Positions 17,032 through 26,006 of a stretch of 64,000 nt of DNA are shown here, one piece after another. A model generated the notes under the pieces. The model worked only from the letters and a program-made list of their open reading frames with translations. It was not told the DNA's origin and made no database searches. How positions within the stretch are numbered: position 1 is the first letter of the stretch; every line of letters begins with the position of its first letter. Origin of the DNA: Gemmatimonadales bacterium (lineage in GTDB: Bacteria; Gemmatimonadota; Gemmatimonadetes; Gemmatimonadales; GWC2-71-9). Made by a program: the position numbers and the translations under genes. Location of the stretch: assembly GCA_035692845.1 (NCBI GenBank), contig DASSHL010000151.1, forward strand, positions 30,034 to 94,033, written 5' to 3'.

Positions 17032-18418
17032 CACCAAGCCGTTCCAGCTCTATTTCCAGGGCGCCGAGCAGAAGGGCTGGCAGCGTTTGCTGCTGGCCGA
17101 GGGCGTGCGGAACCTGGGCATCAGCTTCACCTACTTCTACCGCAAGGTGAAGCGCTCGAACTGGGAGCTGCCTGATTTCCCTACTGGTACCAGCGTGCTG
17201 CTCGACAGCGGTGCCTTCGGCGCCAACAAGAACCCCGGCCAGATGGACGACAACGGCTGGCGGGAGTACGAGACGGGCTACTGCGAATTCGTGGAGGACA
17301 ACCTCGACGCCATCGACATCGTGGCCGAGTTCGACCTCCAGCAGCTCGGCTACGACCACATCAAGGGCATGCGGGAGACGTTCTGGGACGGCCTTGGCTC
17401 GAAGTTCATGCCGATCTGGCACCCGCACTACGGGATGGACGAGCTGGAGCGCCTGGCCCGACGCTACGACCGCGTCGGCGTACCCGGCAGCGCTCTGGCC
17501 GAGCTGAGCTACCTGGGCGGCCGGATCAACACCCTCAGCCGGCAATGGGACACCCGCTTCCACGGCATCGCCTTGACCCAGCCCGACGTGCTTCGCAACG
17601 TCCACTTCGCCACGGCGGCCAGTACGAGCTGGATCAGCCCGAGCAAATTCGGCGACACCCAGGTCTTCGACGGCCACCGGCTCAAGCGCTACCCCAAGCG
17701 GTACAAGGACCGGGCGCGCCGGCAGCACAAGATGGCCTTCGAGCGGGCCGGCTTCGACGCCGCCAAGATCCTCGCCGATGACCCGGTCGAGGTCACCCGA
17801 TTCACCGTCTGGAGCTGGCGGCGCTTCGAAGAATCGCTCGCGAAGCACAGGGGAGTTACTCCCTCGGTCGACTCGGTGACCGGGGAGATCGCGCCGAGCA
17901 CCACTGGCCCAGTTGGTACCTCCCCCGTTCTGGCGCGCACAGAAGAGGCCGTCCCGCTGCCGGTGCTCAACTTCACGCCGGCCGAGACGTTGACGCTGGC
18001 GCCGGCCGAGACGGTGCGGACGTGCTCGAACTGCTACGTGGCCGCCCAGTGCCCTGCATTTCGCCCTGACGCCTCCTGTGCCTTCAACCTGCCGGTCAGC
18101 CTGCGGACCCGCGAGCAGCTCCTGGGGGCGCTCTACAGCATCGTGGAGATGCAGGTGCAGCGGGTGGCCTTCGGCCGGTACACCGAGGAGCTGGAGGGCG
18201 GCTACAGCGACCCGAACCTCTCCAACGAGGTTGACCGGCTCATGCGCCTGGTCAAGGAGCTGAAGGACATCGAGGACACCCGCGACACCGTCCGGCAGAT
18301 CACCGAGATCAAGGCCGGCGCCGGGGTGCTCTCCCGCATCTTCGGAGAGCGACCCCAGCCCGAGCTGCCGGCCACCAACGGCCACGTCATCGAGGGCGAG
18401 GTCGTGGAGGGGGATTAA
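17015..18418 (+). CDS. TIM-barrel-like protein with DSGAF motif (possible TGT/DpdA-family transglycosylase) plus Cys-cluster/helical C-terminal half
   Basis: VLLDSGAFGA recalls the DSGGFQ catalytic motif of tRNA-guanine transglycosylases and DpdA; alternating strand-like segments (NLGISFTYF, IVAEFD, RVGVPG, RFHGIAL, ATAASTSWISP); C-term CSNCYVAAQCPAFRPDASC. The CDS is secure; the function is tentative. Confidence 0.4.
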   Translation: MPMTTDTKPFQLYFQGAEQKGWQRLLLAEGVRNLGISFTYFYRKVKRSNWELPDFPTGTSVLLDSGAFGANKNPGQMDDNGWREYETGYCEFVEDNLDAIDIVAEFDLQQLGYDHIKGMRETFWDGLGSKFMPIWHPHYGMDELERLARRYDRVGVPGSALAELSYLGGRINTLSRQWDTRFHGIALTQPDVLRNVHFATAASTSWISPSKFGDTQVFDGHRLKRYPKRYKDRARRQHKMAFERAGFDAAKILADDPVEVTRFTVWSWRRFEESLAKHRGVTPSVDSVTGEIAPSTTGPVGTSPVLARTEEAVPLPVLNFTPAETLTLAPAETVRTCSNCYVAAQCPAFRPDASCAFNLPVSLRTREQLLGALYSIVEMQVQRVAFGRYTEELEGGYSDPNLSNEVDRLMRLVKELKDIEDTRDTVRQITEIKAGAGVLSRIFGERPQPELPATNGHVIEGEVVEGD

Positions 18419-18451
18419 CTCCGCGTACGCCCTGTAGAGCTGGATCGAGTA

Positions 18452-19342
18452 TCAGTCGTCTTCGCCCTCGTCCTCGTCAGCCGGCTCGACGCCGAGCACA
18501 CCGATGGGGTACAGGTTGGTCTTCCGCCGGATGTTCCAGATGTCGGCGATCATCTTCGACCCGACCCGGAAGCGGGAACCCGACCCGCCACCGCCCTTGG
18601 AGTTCTCGGCGATCTGGGTGTCGAGGTAGCGCGGCGTCACCTTGGTGCCGAGCTTCTTGCCGAGCTGGGCCGGCGTCGCGACCAGCGGGTAATTCCCGAA
18701 CAGGAACCCGAGCGACCGGATGACGGAGCTGGCTGTCCAGTCTTCGCGCTTGGCGCCGCCGGGCACCCAGGCGTTCATGGTCAGGATCACACTCTCCAGG
18801 GCGTCGGCCCCGTAGTTCTTCACGACGAAGTCGAGGGCGCCGGCCGCCTTGATGTGGCTGCCGACCACCAGATTGTGCTTCCTCAGCACCTTGTCGGCGT
18901 CCACGTACTGGGGGATGCCGGCGGCGATCTTGAGGCCCCACTTGTCGGCCGCCGAGTCGGCCTGGCGAGCGCTCTGGTGGCGCAGGTGGAAGGCCGCCTC
19001 CTGCCTCTTGGTCAGGCCGTAGTGCCGGATGCAGGGCAGGGACTTCACCCCGTTGTCCATGGCCGCCCAGGCGGTGTGAGCGCCGTCGATGATGACCTCG
19101 GTGCCGTCGTCGCGCACCGACAGGTGGACGGGGTCGGCCATGGCGATGTTCCAGGTCTTCGAGATCTTCTGAGCGTGTGCCGCCCGGAACGACCGCTGGA
19201 CCTCGGGGTCGAACCAGACGGTGCCGGCGGCCAGCTTCTTGTGCTTCTCGGCGTCCCACACGACCGCCATGGGGTCGAATTTGCCGTGCTGGGTCTTGTG
19301 GACGGGGATGTCGGGGATGTCCACGGTTGTCGGGTCGATCAT
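18452..19342 (-). CDS. ParB/Srx-fold (ParB N-terminal nuclease-like) domain protein
   Basis: Start ATG 19342 after AAGGAG (MIDPTTVDIP...); VIIDGAHTAWAA = DGxH(R/T) ParB-type motif; acidic tail. Confidence 0.6.
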   Translation of the reverse strand: MIDPTTVDIPDIPVHKTQHGKFDPMAVVWDAEKHKKLAAGTVWFDPEVQRSFRAAHAQKISKTWNIAMADPVHLSVRDDGTEVIIDGAHTAWAAMDNGVKSLPCIRHYGLTKRQEAAFHLRHQSARQADSAADKWGLKIAAGIPQYVDADKVLRKHNLVVGSHIKAAGALDFVVKNYGADALESVILTMNAWVPGGAKREDWTASSVIRSLGFLFGNYPLVATPAQLGKKLGTKVTPRYLDTQIAENSKGGGGSGSRFRVGSKMIADIWNIRRKTNLYPIGVLGVEPADEDEGEDD

Positions 19343-19380
19343 GGGCGTGCTCCTTATGTTGTTCCAATTGATGTCATCAG

Positions 19381-19439
19381 CGACATGCAGATGAAACGAC
19401 ATTCGTAACGACATGTCAAGCGACAAGCAGACGCGACGA
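19381..19439. promoter_or_regulatory. five direct CGACR repeats (four CGACA plus one CGACG) at 12-16 bp spacing upstream of the ParB-like gene
   Basis: cgacat(19381), cgacat(19397), cgacat(19409), cgacaa(19421), cgacga(19434) in the 5' region of minus-strand gene 18452..19342. Confidence 0.3.
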
Positions 19440-19461
19440 GGGGCCACCGTAGCGGCCCCTC
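19438..19461. terminator. hairpin gaggggcc-n8-ggcccctc
   Basis: 8-bp GC stem 29 nt downstream of the minus-strand gene ending at 19490. Confidence 0.45.
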
Positions 19462-19489
19462 ATTTACAAGCTGTGGGCGGGGAAGATGC

Positions 19490-19807
19490 TCAGCGCAGCC
19501 GCATGTTCACCCGCGACCACACGCCCATGCAGTGCCCGCATTCCCTGGTGTCGCCGCCCCGGCCTCCGATGTCGTTGACCTTGAGCCAGAGCTTCAGCAG
19601 CTCCTCGCTGTCACAGGCGGCCTTGGGGTAGTTCGTGGTGTGGTTGCCTCGGTGGGCATGAAGGATCGGGCACCCTCGGCGGTGCATCATCGGGTACCAA
19701 GGATCACGGTGCCGCGTCCAGTTCACGATGTAGCCGCTGAAGGGATGGGCGTCGAGCCAGCGGCGGTAGCCGACCTCGTCACCATCGAATATTTCGACAT
19801 TGATCAT
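19490..19807 (-). CDS. hypothetical protein
   Basis: Start at MINVEIFDGDEVGYRRWLDAHP...; CPILHAH...CGHC; the rest of track ORF 19490..20206 is junk. Confidence 0.45.
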   Translation of the reverse strand: MINVEIFDGDEVGYRRWLDAHPFSGYIVNWTRHRDPWYPMMHRRGCPILHAHRGNHTTNYPKAACDSEELLKLWLKVNDIGGRGGDTRECGHCMGVWSRVNMRLR

Positions 19808-19879
19808 GCTCACCAGAATGAGGCGGCTGCGTCTCAAACGCAAGATGTAGCCGGCTCCGACTTCAGGTAGGCTCGGACC

Positions 19880-20188
19880 ATGGACGAGGAGATGGAGTAC
19901 GCCCCAGGCGAGGGCTACGAGCCGAAGCCACCCAAGGCCCCTGAGCTGCCGGCGCCGTCGCCGATCGAGGTCGTGCCGATCGCCATCCACCAGAGGCCGA
20001 ATTTCCCCGATCCTGATGACAGGGTGGGGGCGCGCTGCCACGCTCCAGGGCCGAAGGTCATGGTCGAGGGCAAGCGGATCGAACTGCCGTGTGTCCGGCG
20101 TCGCGGTCATGTCGAGCGTGGTGACATCAACCACCGGGCCATGCAAGGCGAGAAGCCCGAGCACCGCGTCTTTTACGAGTGGCACTGA
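19880..20188 (+). CDS. hypothetical protein
   Basis: Divergent from 19807; acidic/Pro-rich N-term. Confidence 0.45.
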   Translation: MDEEMEYAPGEGYEPKPPKAPELPAPSPIEVVPIAIHQRPNFPDPDDRVGARCHAPGPKVMVEGKRIELPCVRRRGHVERGDINHRAMQGEKPEHRVFYEWH

Positions 20189-20189
20189 T

Positions 20190-20384
20190 TTGCCAGCCGA
20201 TGCCACACCGCCGGGCTACGAGGCAATTACGGCCGAGCTGGTGGCGTGCTCGACGTGCGGGGCGGCCGTCTGGTTCGCCCACATGGTCACTCACACTCGC
20301 TGGCACGAAGGCCGCTGGCTGGAGCCGTATGGGAAAGGCATACAGACTGCTGAACATGCGGCTGATACTGAAAATGGTCCCTGA
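20190..20384 (+). CDS. hypothetical small protein
   Basis: TTG start directly after the upstream TGA; ...VACSTCGAAVWFAHMVTHTRWH; weak. Confidence 0.3.
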   Translation: MPADATPPGYEAITAELVACSTCGAAVWFAHMVTHTRWHEGRWLEPYGKGIQTAEHAADTENGP

Positions 20385-20466
20385 CCAGCATCTATACGGC
20401 AACTATCAGCGCATGTCTCACAGTCTGTACCCCTTTCCCACATGGAAGTGACACGAAGGAATACCG

Positions 20467-21246
20467 ATGGCGACACCGTTATCGAGAACTCATCAGGTGC
20501 AAAAACCAGGCCCCCATGGCAGCGAGGATGACGGCGAACAGCAGGCCCACGATGAACCCGAGCGCCGCATCTATTTCCCAGCCGCCTTCACCGACACCAT
20601 CATCCGCTTCATCGGCAATTCGGGGCTGCTCCCCGCTCGGGGTGTCATCCTCGATCCCTTCGCCGGCATCGGCCGTGTCCACCAGCTCGCCTCCGTCTCT
20701 CTACGCACCGTCGGGGTGGAGATTGAACCAGAGTGGGCGGCGGTGCATGCGAACACCGTGGTGGGCAACGCTCTGAACCTGCCATTTGAGCCTGAGAGCT
20801 TTGATGGCTGTGTCACCAGTCCGGTCTACGGAAATCGCATGAGCGACAGCCACAAGGCCAAGGACACCTCGATCCGGCGAAGCTACACCCACGACCTGCG
20901 GCGCACGACGGGTGATTCCGAGCGGCAGCTCCATCCTGACAACGCCGGCACGCTCTATGCCTGGCAGAAGGAGTACTGGCGCTTCCACGTCAGGGCCTGG
21001 GCTGAGGTGAAGCGGGTGCTCAAGCACGATGCGCCGTTCCTGCTCAACGTCAGCGATTTCATCCGCACCACCCAGAGCCATGGCCGCAAGCGTCTGCCGG
21101 TGGTGCGGACGCACCTGCGGGTCTGCACCGAGCTGGGCTTCAAGCTTCACAAGGCGTATCCGATCGAGACACCGAGGATGCGCTACGGCCAGAACAGCGA
21201 GAACCGCACGTCCTACGAGTACGTGCTTCACATGACTAAGGGGTGA
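20467..21246 (+). CDS. DNA methyltransferase (amino-MTase, N6A/N4C type)
   Basis: [12 protein letters not shown] (motif I FxGxG) and VTSPVYGN (motif IV (S/D/N)PP(Y/F)-like). N-terminal roughly 30 codons have low GC3, so the start could be later (GTG 20497). Confidence 0.7.
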   Translation: MATPLSRTHQVQKPGPHGSEDDGEQQAHDEPERRIYFPAAFTDTIIRFIGNSGLLPARGVILDPFAGIGRVHQLASVSLRTVGVEIEPEWAAVHANTVVGNALNLPFEPESFDGCVTSPVYGNRMSDSHKAKDTSIRRSYTHDLRRTTGDSERQLHPDNAGTLYAWQKEYWRFHVRAWAEVKRVLKHDAPFLLNVSDFIRTTQSHGRKRLPVVRTHLRVCTELGFKLHKAYPIETPRMRYGQNSENRTSYEYVLHMTKG

Positions 21247-21665
21247 TCCTCATGTGCATAGAAGCTCCTCCGGTCACGACGGCCAGCGTCGAGTTCTTTT
21301 CCAGGGTCAAGCAACTGCCGGGCGGCGGGTGCTGGGAATGGCAGGGGAAATGCTCGAACGGCTACGGCCAGTTCAAGGGTGAGTACGCCCACCGTTGGGC
21401 CTACCGCTACTTCGTTGATCCCGATCTCGAAGACGATCTCTGTGTGCTGCACGCCTGCGACAATCGGCCATGCGTGAACCCTGATCATTTGTTCAAGGGC
21501 ACCAGGGCCGTGAACAACCAGGACGCTGCGGAGAAGCGAACCCATTGCCGCGAGGGCCACGAATTCACGCCCGAGAACACGTACATCGACAAGCGGGGCG
21601 GGCGCAACTGCAAGCGCTGTCACGCTGACCGACGCATGGAGTACTACCGCCGCACCGGGAGGTGA
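21243..21665 (+). CDS. HNH endonuclease
   Basis: GCWEWQG..SNGYGQF...AHRWAY...[16 protein letters not shown]...N..D; typical phage HNH_3-type. Confidence 0.8.
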   Translation: MILMCIEAPPVTTASVEFFSRVKQLPGGGCWEWQGKCSNGYGQFKGEYAHRWAYRYFVDPDLEDDLCVLHACDNRPCVNPDHLFKGTRAVNNQDAAEKRTHCREGHEFTPENTYIDKRGGRNCKRCHADRRMEYYRRTGR

Positions 21666-22081
21666 TCACCATTTGCATGATCGATTACGCCGAGGACTCC
21701 TACCAGCACACCCGCTACAAGACGATCAGCAAATCCCGCAAGGCGCACCACTGCGGGGAGTGCCGGCGGGTGATCGAGCGGGGCGAGAGCTACGAGGATT
21801 TCTGGGGCGTCTACGACGGGAGCTGGTACAACGCCAAGACCTGCAGCCACTGCGTCGCTGCGCGTGAATGGCTGCAGAAGGAATGCCGCGGCTGGCTGTG
21901 GGAGATGGTCTGCGACGATCTCAAGGAGCACTTCGAGGAGATGCCCGACCTTCACCTCGGCCGGCTCATCGTGAGCGTCCGTCGAGGATGGAAACGCTTT
22001 GATGGCAACGGACTGATGGCACCGATCCAAGGGGACCCGGCAACATGGGAAGCAAAGCGTCAACCAGCGCTCATGCGCTGA
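21662..22081 (+). CDS. hypothetical Cys-containing protein
   Basis: GTGA coupling; HHCGECRR...CSHC. Confidence 0.5.
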   Translation: MITICMIDYAEDSYQHTRYKTISKSRKAHHCGECRRVIERGESYEDFWGVYDGSWYNAKTCSHCVAAREWLQKECRGWLWEMVCDDLKEHFEEMPDLHLGRLIVSVRRGWKRFDGNGLMAPIQGDPATWEAKRQPALMR

Positions 22082-22359
22082 ACCGGCCACCGCTGCAGCG
22101 TTGCGCCTGCGGCACCGAATGGTTCGTCGTCCACAACTGCCCGCTCAACAAGGGCGCCGCCATAGCGGTGCGACCGAGCAAGCCTGAATTTCTCGGCGTC
22201 GCCCGACTGCAGCAGCGCGTGCGTGAGCTGGAGCAGGAGAACGCCGAGCTGAGGTCCACGGTCGAGGATCTCATGCTGGAGCTGACCGAGACGCGTATCG
22301 CCCTGGAGAACAAGACGAACCAGTACGAGCTGGTGCTGCGACGGGCGGCCGGCGAATGA
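22045..22359 (+). CDS. hypothetical coiled-coil protein
   Basis: RVRELEQENAELRSTVEDLMLELTETRIALENK; 37-nt overlap upstream, start uncertain. Confidence 0.45.
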   Translation: MGSKASTSAHALNRPPLQRCACGTEWFVVHNCPLNKGAAIAVRPSKPEFLGVARLQQRVRELEQENAELRSTVEDLMLELTETRIALENKTNQYELVLRRAAGE

Positions 22360-22823
22360 GCACGCCCCAGGACGTGGTGTCGGAATGGAACCACAAGCAC
22401 AGCCTCGAAGCGACGCGCCCTGACTGGGACGCCTACTTCCTGCTCATCGCCCAGGCCGTCGCCTACCGTGCCGACTGCCGGCGAGCGAAATTCGGTGCCG
22501 TGATCGTTGACCAGGAGCAGCGCATCGTCAGCACCGGTTACAACGGCGCACCACGCAAGAGCGGGAGCTGCCTGGCTGGAGAGTGCCCGCGGGGCCTGCT
22601 GAGCCGTGAGGAGCAGCCCAGCCATGCTGACGGGGTGCTCGGCGCCCAGGACTTCTCGAACTGCATCTCGCTCCACGCCGAGATGAACGCCATCGCCTAC
22701 GCCGGGTACACGCCGGGCGGCACGATCTACATCGCCAGCCTCGACCGCGACCACTGCGTGCCCTGTGACATGTGCGGGAAGCTCATCAAGGCTGCCGGCA
22801 TCGAGCGGGTGGTGTGCCAGTGA
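22356..22823 (+). CDS. deoxycytidylate (dCMP) deaminase
   Basis: GAVIVD...STGYNG, LHAEMNAI (HAE zinc motif), PCDMCGKLI (PCxxC). Confidence 0.85.
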   Translation: MSTPQDVVSEWNHKHSLEATRPDWDAYFLLIAQAVAYRADCRRAKFGAVIVDQEQRIVSTGYNGAPRKSGSCLAGECPRGLLSREEQPSHADGVLGAQDFSNCISLHAEMNAIAYAGYTPGGTIYIASLDRDHCVPCDMCGKLIKAAGIERVVCQ

Positions 22824-23020
22824 AGGATCGGCATGAGGTGACGGTGACGTTCGTGACCGGACCTACGGATCCGCTGGTTGATTTCGAAGCCATCCTCGAC
22901 AAGGCGTGCGAAGCTATCGGCCCGTCGGTGCGCTGGTTTGCCACCAGGGAGGCCGTGTACGAGAAGGGAAAGCGCGTCGTGGAGATGGGCTACAAGAAGC
23001 CGGCCTGGGTGGCGCAATGA
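22820..23020 (+). CDS. hypothetical protein
   Basis: GTGA coupling at 22820. Confidence 0.45.
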   Translation: MKDRHEVTVTFVTGPTDPLVDFEAILDKACEAIGPSVRWFATREAVYEKGKRVVEMGYKKPAWVAQ

Positions 23021-23238
23021 GTGGTGACGAGAGCGATCGGCATGACGCTCGCGACAGCCAGATCAGCCTGCGCTGCTTGCTGTCGGAATGGCGCGTCGGT
23101 CGGCGGGTGAGCAGGAACATCTACGCCATGATCTCGGCCGTCGCCACCGACGACGACATTCTCATCGGCCAGATGGACACCGGCCAGCTCGCTCGGGAGG
23201 CTGTCTTCCGCCACAACGACGCCCTGAAGAAGCGATGA
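23017..23238 (+). CDS. hypothetical protein
   Basis: ATGA coupling at 23017. Confidence 0.45.
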   Translation: MSGDESDRHDARDSQISLRCLLSEWRVGRRVSRNIYAMISAVATDDDILIGQMDTGQLAREAVFRHNDALKKR

Positions 23239-23576
23239 AATCGAAGCCTATCTTGGCGCTCGACTTCGATGGCACGCTCCACGCCTACACCGGCTGGAAC
23301 GACGGGGTGATGAACGGCCCGGTGCCCGGCGCTTTGATGTTCGTGGAGCGGGCCATGAAGTACTTCACCGTCGTGGTAGTGAGCAGCCGCTGCAACGATG
23401 CTGGCGGAAGCGGCGATATCGCCTGCTGGCTGGAGAAGTATGGCTTCCCGCCTCTGAAGGTCAGCGCTGATCGCCCACCGGCCTTCGTATCTCTGGATGA
23501 TCGGGCGCTGACTTTCAACGGGACCTGGCCCTCAGTGGAGGAGCTGCGGAAATTCATGCCGTGGTGGAAGCGGTGA
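23235..23576 (+). CDS. HAD-superfamily phosphatase (nucleotidase-like)
   Basis: ILALDFDGTLH (DxDGT motif I), VVVVSSR (motif II), FVSLDDRA (motif IV-like). Confidence 0.6.
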   Translation: MKSKPILALDFDGTLHAYTGWNDGVMNGPVPGALMFVERAMKYFTVVVVSSRCNDAGGSGDIACWLEKYGFPPLKVSADRPPAFVSLDDRALTFNGTWPSVEELRKFMPWWKR

Positions 23577-23657
23577 ACCGCTGCACCGGCATCGTCTACA
23601 TCGGCATGGGGATGCGGGAGCGCTGCGCTCTACGGGCGCGACACAAGGGGGACTGCG

Positions 23658-23858
23658 ATGTCAACGGACCAGCGCGAGCAGGAGATGCTGGAGCTGATGC
23701 GGGAATGCTCGATGACCCTGCGCCGCTGCGAGACGCAGCTCAACGAGATCTGGGCCGAGTGGACGAGGACGCACGGCTTGAAGGGAATTCCGGGCAAGGA
23801 GAAGCCGTCCTATAACCCGCCGGCTCAGAGTGTGGTGCGGCGCGTTGTGAAGCGGTGA
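23658..23858 (+). CDS. hypothetical protein
   Basis: ATG 23658; helical; better GC3 than the overlapping 23561 frame. Confidence 0.45.
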   Translation: MSTDQREQEMLELMRECSMTLRRCETQLNEIWAEWTRTHGLKGIPGKEKPSYNPPAQSVVRRVVKR

Positions 23859-24154
23859 ACCTGACGCCGGCTGAAGAACCAGGAGGCATGACCTGGGATG
23901 AGGTGAAGGGCTTCCTCGACCACATCCGCACGACCTGTATGGACGAGCGCCAGATGTGGAAGGAGCGGGCCAGGAAGGCCGAGCGCCTCTACGAATTCGC
24001 CGCCTGGCTGGAGTTCGGCGCCAAGCAGGGCTGGTGCTCAGAGCCGTTCTGCACGACCCACGGCCTGCAGCCTCAGACGCCTGAGGAAGAGGCCGCCTGG
24101 GACGAGGGCGATGACCCCTGCGCGCACGCTGTTAGGCTCTGGCCGCAGCAGTAG
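23855..24154 (+). CDS. hypothetical protein
   Basis: GTGA coupling. Confidence 0.45.
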   Translation: MNLTPAEEPGGMTWDEVKGFLDHIRTTCMDERQMWKERARKAERLYEFAAWLEFGAKQGWCSEPFCTTHGLQPQTPEEEAAWDEGDDPCAHAVRLWPQQ

Positions 24155-24155
24155 T

Positions 24156-24560
24156 TCACCGGCTGTCCATGGCCCAGCCGTGCCGGCGTGAGGGAGCCCG
24201 TACGCCGGCCTTGCTCCCCACCTTGTAGCGCATGGTGTAGCCGCCGCTGCTCGCTCGCTTGATGACGTGCGTGGGCTGGGCGCCCTCGTCGGGATGGCCG
24301 GCGCTCATGGGGTAGAGGTGCATGTCGCCGGGGTAGGGACGCTCGCCCACCGTCCTGGTCACGCCCTGGGTATCGCGGGCCAGGATCGGTCCGAAGCTCT
24401 GTTCGTGGACGTGGTGGGCGTCGGCCAGGGAGGCGAAGGTGGAGACGGCCCCCCAATTACCGCCTTCGCCCTGCACCCGCCCATAGACGGGCTGGGCCTT
24501 GGCGTGCCCACCCAGCCAGCCCTGCCTATTCGGGAATTGGTCCGGGGATAGGTTGGTCAT
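24156..24560 (-). CDS. hypothetical protein (N-terminal LSPDQF tag)
   Basis: Last gene of a four-gene minus-strand operon. Confidence 0.5.
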   Translation of the reverse strand: MTNLSPDQFPNRQGWLGGHAKAQPVYGRVQGEGGNWGAVSTFASLADAHHVHEQSFGPILARDTQGVTRTVGERPYPGDMHLYPMSAGHPDEGAQPTHVIKRASSGGYTMRYKVGSKAGVRAPSRRHGWAMDSR

Positions 24561-24598
24561 GGGGCCAGCCTTTCGCCGCAGCTCTCGTACTCGATCAC

Positions 24599-24886
24599 TC
24601 AGTACAGCCCCTCAAGCCATTGGTTGGCCTTGGCCTTGCGGGCGTTGTACCCGCTGCGCTCTTTCCAGTCCTCGTAGCTGCTGTCCTTCTCGCCGCCGAG
24701 GATGGAGTCGACGTGCCCCCAGGTGGTGTCGGACACCGACTTGTAGCCGAGCTTCTTGGCGACCACGGCCCGGTCGGTGCCATGGATCCCCGAGCGCAGC
24801 GCATGGGCCAGAGCGGCGGCCTTCTCAGCTCGGGCCTTGGCTTGGAAAGGGTTGCCGCCACCAGCGAATTCCGATGTGCGTCCCAT
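24599..24886 (-). CDS. hypothetical protein (N-terminal RTSEF tag)
   Basis: Start at MGRTSEFAGGGNPFQ; the upstream part of track ORF is junk. Confidence 0.45.
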   Translation of the reverse strand: MGRTSEFAGGGNPFQAKARAEKAAALAHALRSGIHGTDRAVVAKKLGYKSVSDTTWGHVDSILGGEKDSSYEDWKERSGYNARKAKANQWLEGLY

Positions 24887-24908
24887 CACACTCCCTGGGC
24901 TGATTTGG

Positions 24909-25292
24909 TCATGGTCTGTTTCTGGCCCAGGCGGCGCCCTCGGGACTGAGCGCCTGCGGTCCTGAGTGCTGGAGGCCCGGAGCGATATCCCGAGCGTGCT
25001 CCAGCATGGCCGTCGCAATTCCCTTGCGCCGTTGGGGCTTCGACACCACCACCTTGAAGATGGCGGGCTTGGTGGGATCGGGCGAGCCTTGAACGTGTCG
25101 CCCTCCTTCACCAGCCGGGCCGAACCAGTTCATGCGCCCGACACCGCGGCCCGAAGCGGTGTGGACGGCCTCAAGCCCCCTGACGTACTTCGGGTCCCCA
25201 CCGGTCACGACGTTGCCGTACATGTCGACGGGGCGGCTGGTGTATTTGCCGCCAGGGCCAAATTGCCGGGGCGAGAGCGCTTCGTGACTCAT
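24909..25292 (-). CDS. GNAT-like acetyltransferase (short) with N-terminal LSPRQF tag
   Basis: Start at MSHEALSPRQF; VVVSKPQRRKGIATAMLEHAR resembles GNAT motif A (Q/R-x-x-G-x-A/G). Confidence 0.45.
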   Translation of the reverse strand: MSHEALSPRQFGPGGKYTSRPVDMYGNVVTGGDPKYVRGLEAVHTASGRGVGRMNWFGPAGEGGRHVQGSPDPTKPAIFKVVVSKPQRRKGIATAMLEHARDIAPGLQHSGPQALSPEGAAWARNRP

Positions 25293-25561
25293 TCGCTGAT
25301 CCGCACGCGCAGCGTCTTCTTGCCTAGCTCGGCGGCGGCCATGGCCCGGTGATGGCCGTCGAGCACGAAGTACTGGCCGTTGCGCTCGGCTACGACGGGC
25401 GGGGCGAACCCATCGCTCCACGTCGACTTCATGCGGTCGATCTTGGCCCGGTCCATGACCGCTTCGTGCTGGGACAGCTTCACCTGTGAGAGAGGAATTC
25501 GCCGAGCTGGGAATGGCGAATCGGCAGCAGCGAATTGCTTGGGGGAGAAGGGCACGCTCAC
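25289..25561 (-). CDS. small ParB/Srx-fold domain protein with N-terminal FSPKQF tag
   Basis: PPVVAERNGQYFVLDGHHRAMAAAELG = ParB N-terminal DGHHR box; ATGA coupling to the GNAT gene. Confidence 0.6.
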   Translation of the reverse strand: MSVPFSPKQFAAADSPFPARRIPLSQVKLSQHEAVMDRAKIDRMKSTWSDGFAPPVVAERNGQYFVLDGHHRAMAAAELGKKTLRVRISE

Positions 25562-25623
25562 ATGCTCAGTCTACGTCGGCGCTGGGTAGATACTGGTCCC
25601 ACCCCAACCTCCAGGAGGAGAGC

Positions 25624-25902
25624 ATGAGCAACCCCAACCAGCCGGCGCCGGACCCTGCCCAGACCACCACCCAGGGCGGCGGCATGAGCCAGGGCGGCCC
25701 GAGCGCACAGACCGTCAGCTCGGCGGGCGGCGACGTGAAGCAGATGCGCGTCGATGACCTGATCAACCTGGCGAACCAGCAGAACCTCGACGTGTCAGCC
25801 CTCAATGACCTGCTGAGCAAGATCCAGGTCAGCCCCGAGGTGAACGTCGCCGGCCAGGCCCAGGGCCAGCAGGGCGGCGGGGAGCGGGCGCAGGGTCAGT
25901 AA
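25624..25902 (+). CDS. hypothetical Gln/Gly-rich protein
   Basis: ATG 25624 after GGAGGAG; divergent from the 25561 operon. Confidence 0.45.
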   Translation: MSNPNQPAPDPAQTTTQGGGMSQGGPSAQTVSSAGGDVKQMRVDDLINLANQQNLDVSALNDLLSKIQVSPEVNVAGQAQGQQGGGERAQGQ

Positions 25903-25910
25903 TTCATCGG

Positions 25911-25951
25911 CGGGTGCATGGACGAGCGGAGAAATCCACGCCATGCACCCG
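25911..25951. repeat. 11-bp perfect inverted repeat (cgggtgcatgg / ccatgcacccg) with 19-nt spacer
   Basis: Lies between convergent genes; may be a bidirectional terminator or a protein-binding site. Confidence 0.4.
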
Positions 25952-26006
25952 CACACACAGGTCGGCGCATGGAGATCACGCCCATGGCCGCACCGCACGC
26001 AGGAAT

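Noticed and set aside
20479-20682. Minus-strand 67-aa ORF with a convincing-looking TM helix ([21 protein letters not shown]) inside the 5' end of the methyltransferase gene.
   Set aside because: Its third codon positions coincide with first positions of the plus-strand frame and have lower GC than the plus-strand frame. The plus-strand frame runs straight into methyltransferase motif I. The low GC3 of the first ~14 plus-strand codons leaves the exact methyltransferase start uncertain.
23561-23815. Plus-strand ORF starting MVEAVNRCTGIVYIGMGMRERCALRARHKGDC.
   Set aside because: Only its first about 30 codons look protein-like. The remainder is Ala/Asp/Gly junk overlapping the better ORF 23658..23858 by 158 nt. 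A short real peptide or a frameshifted N-terminus of the next gene cannot be excluded.
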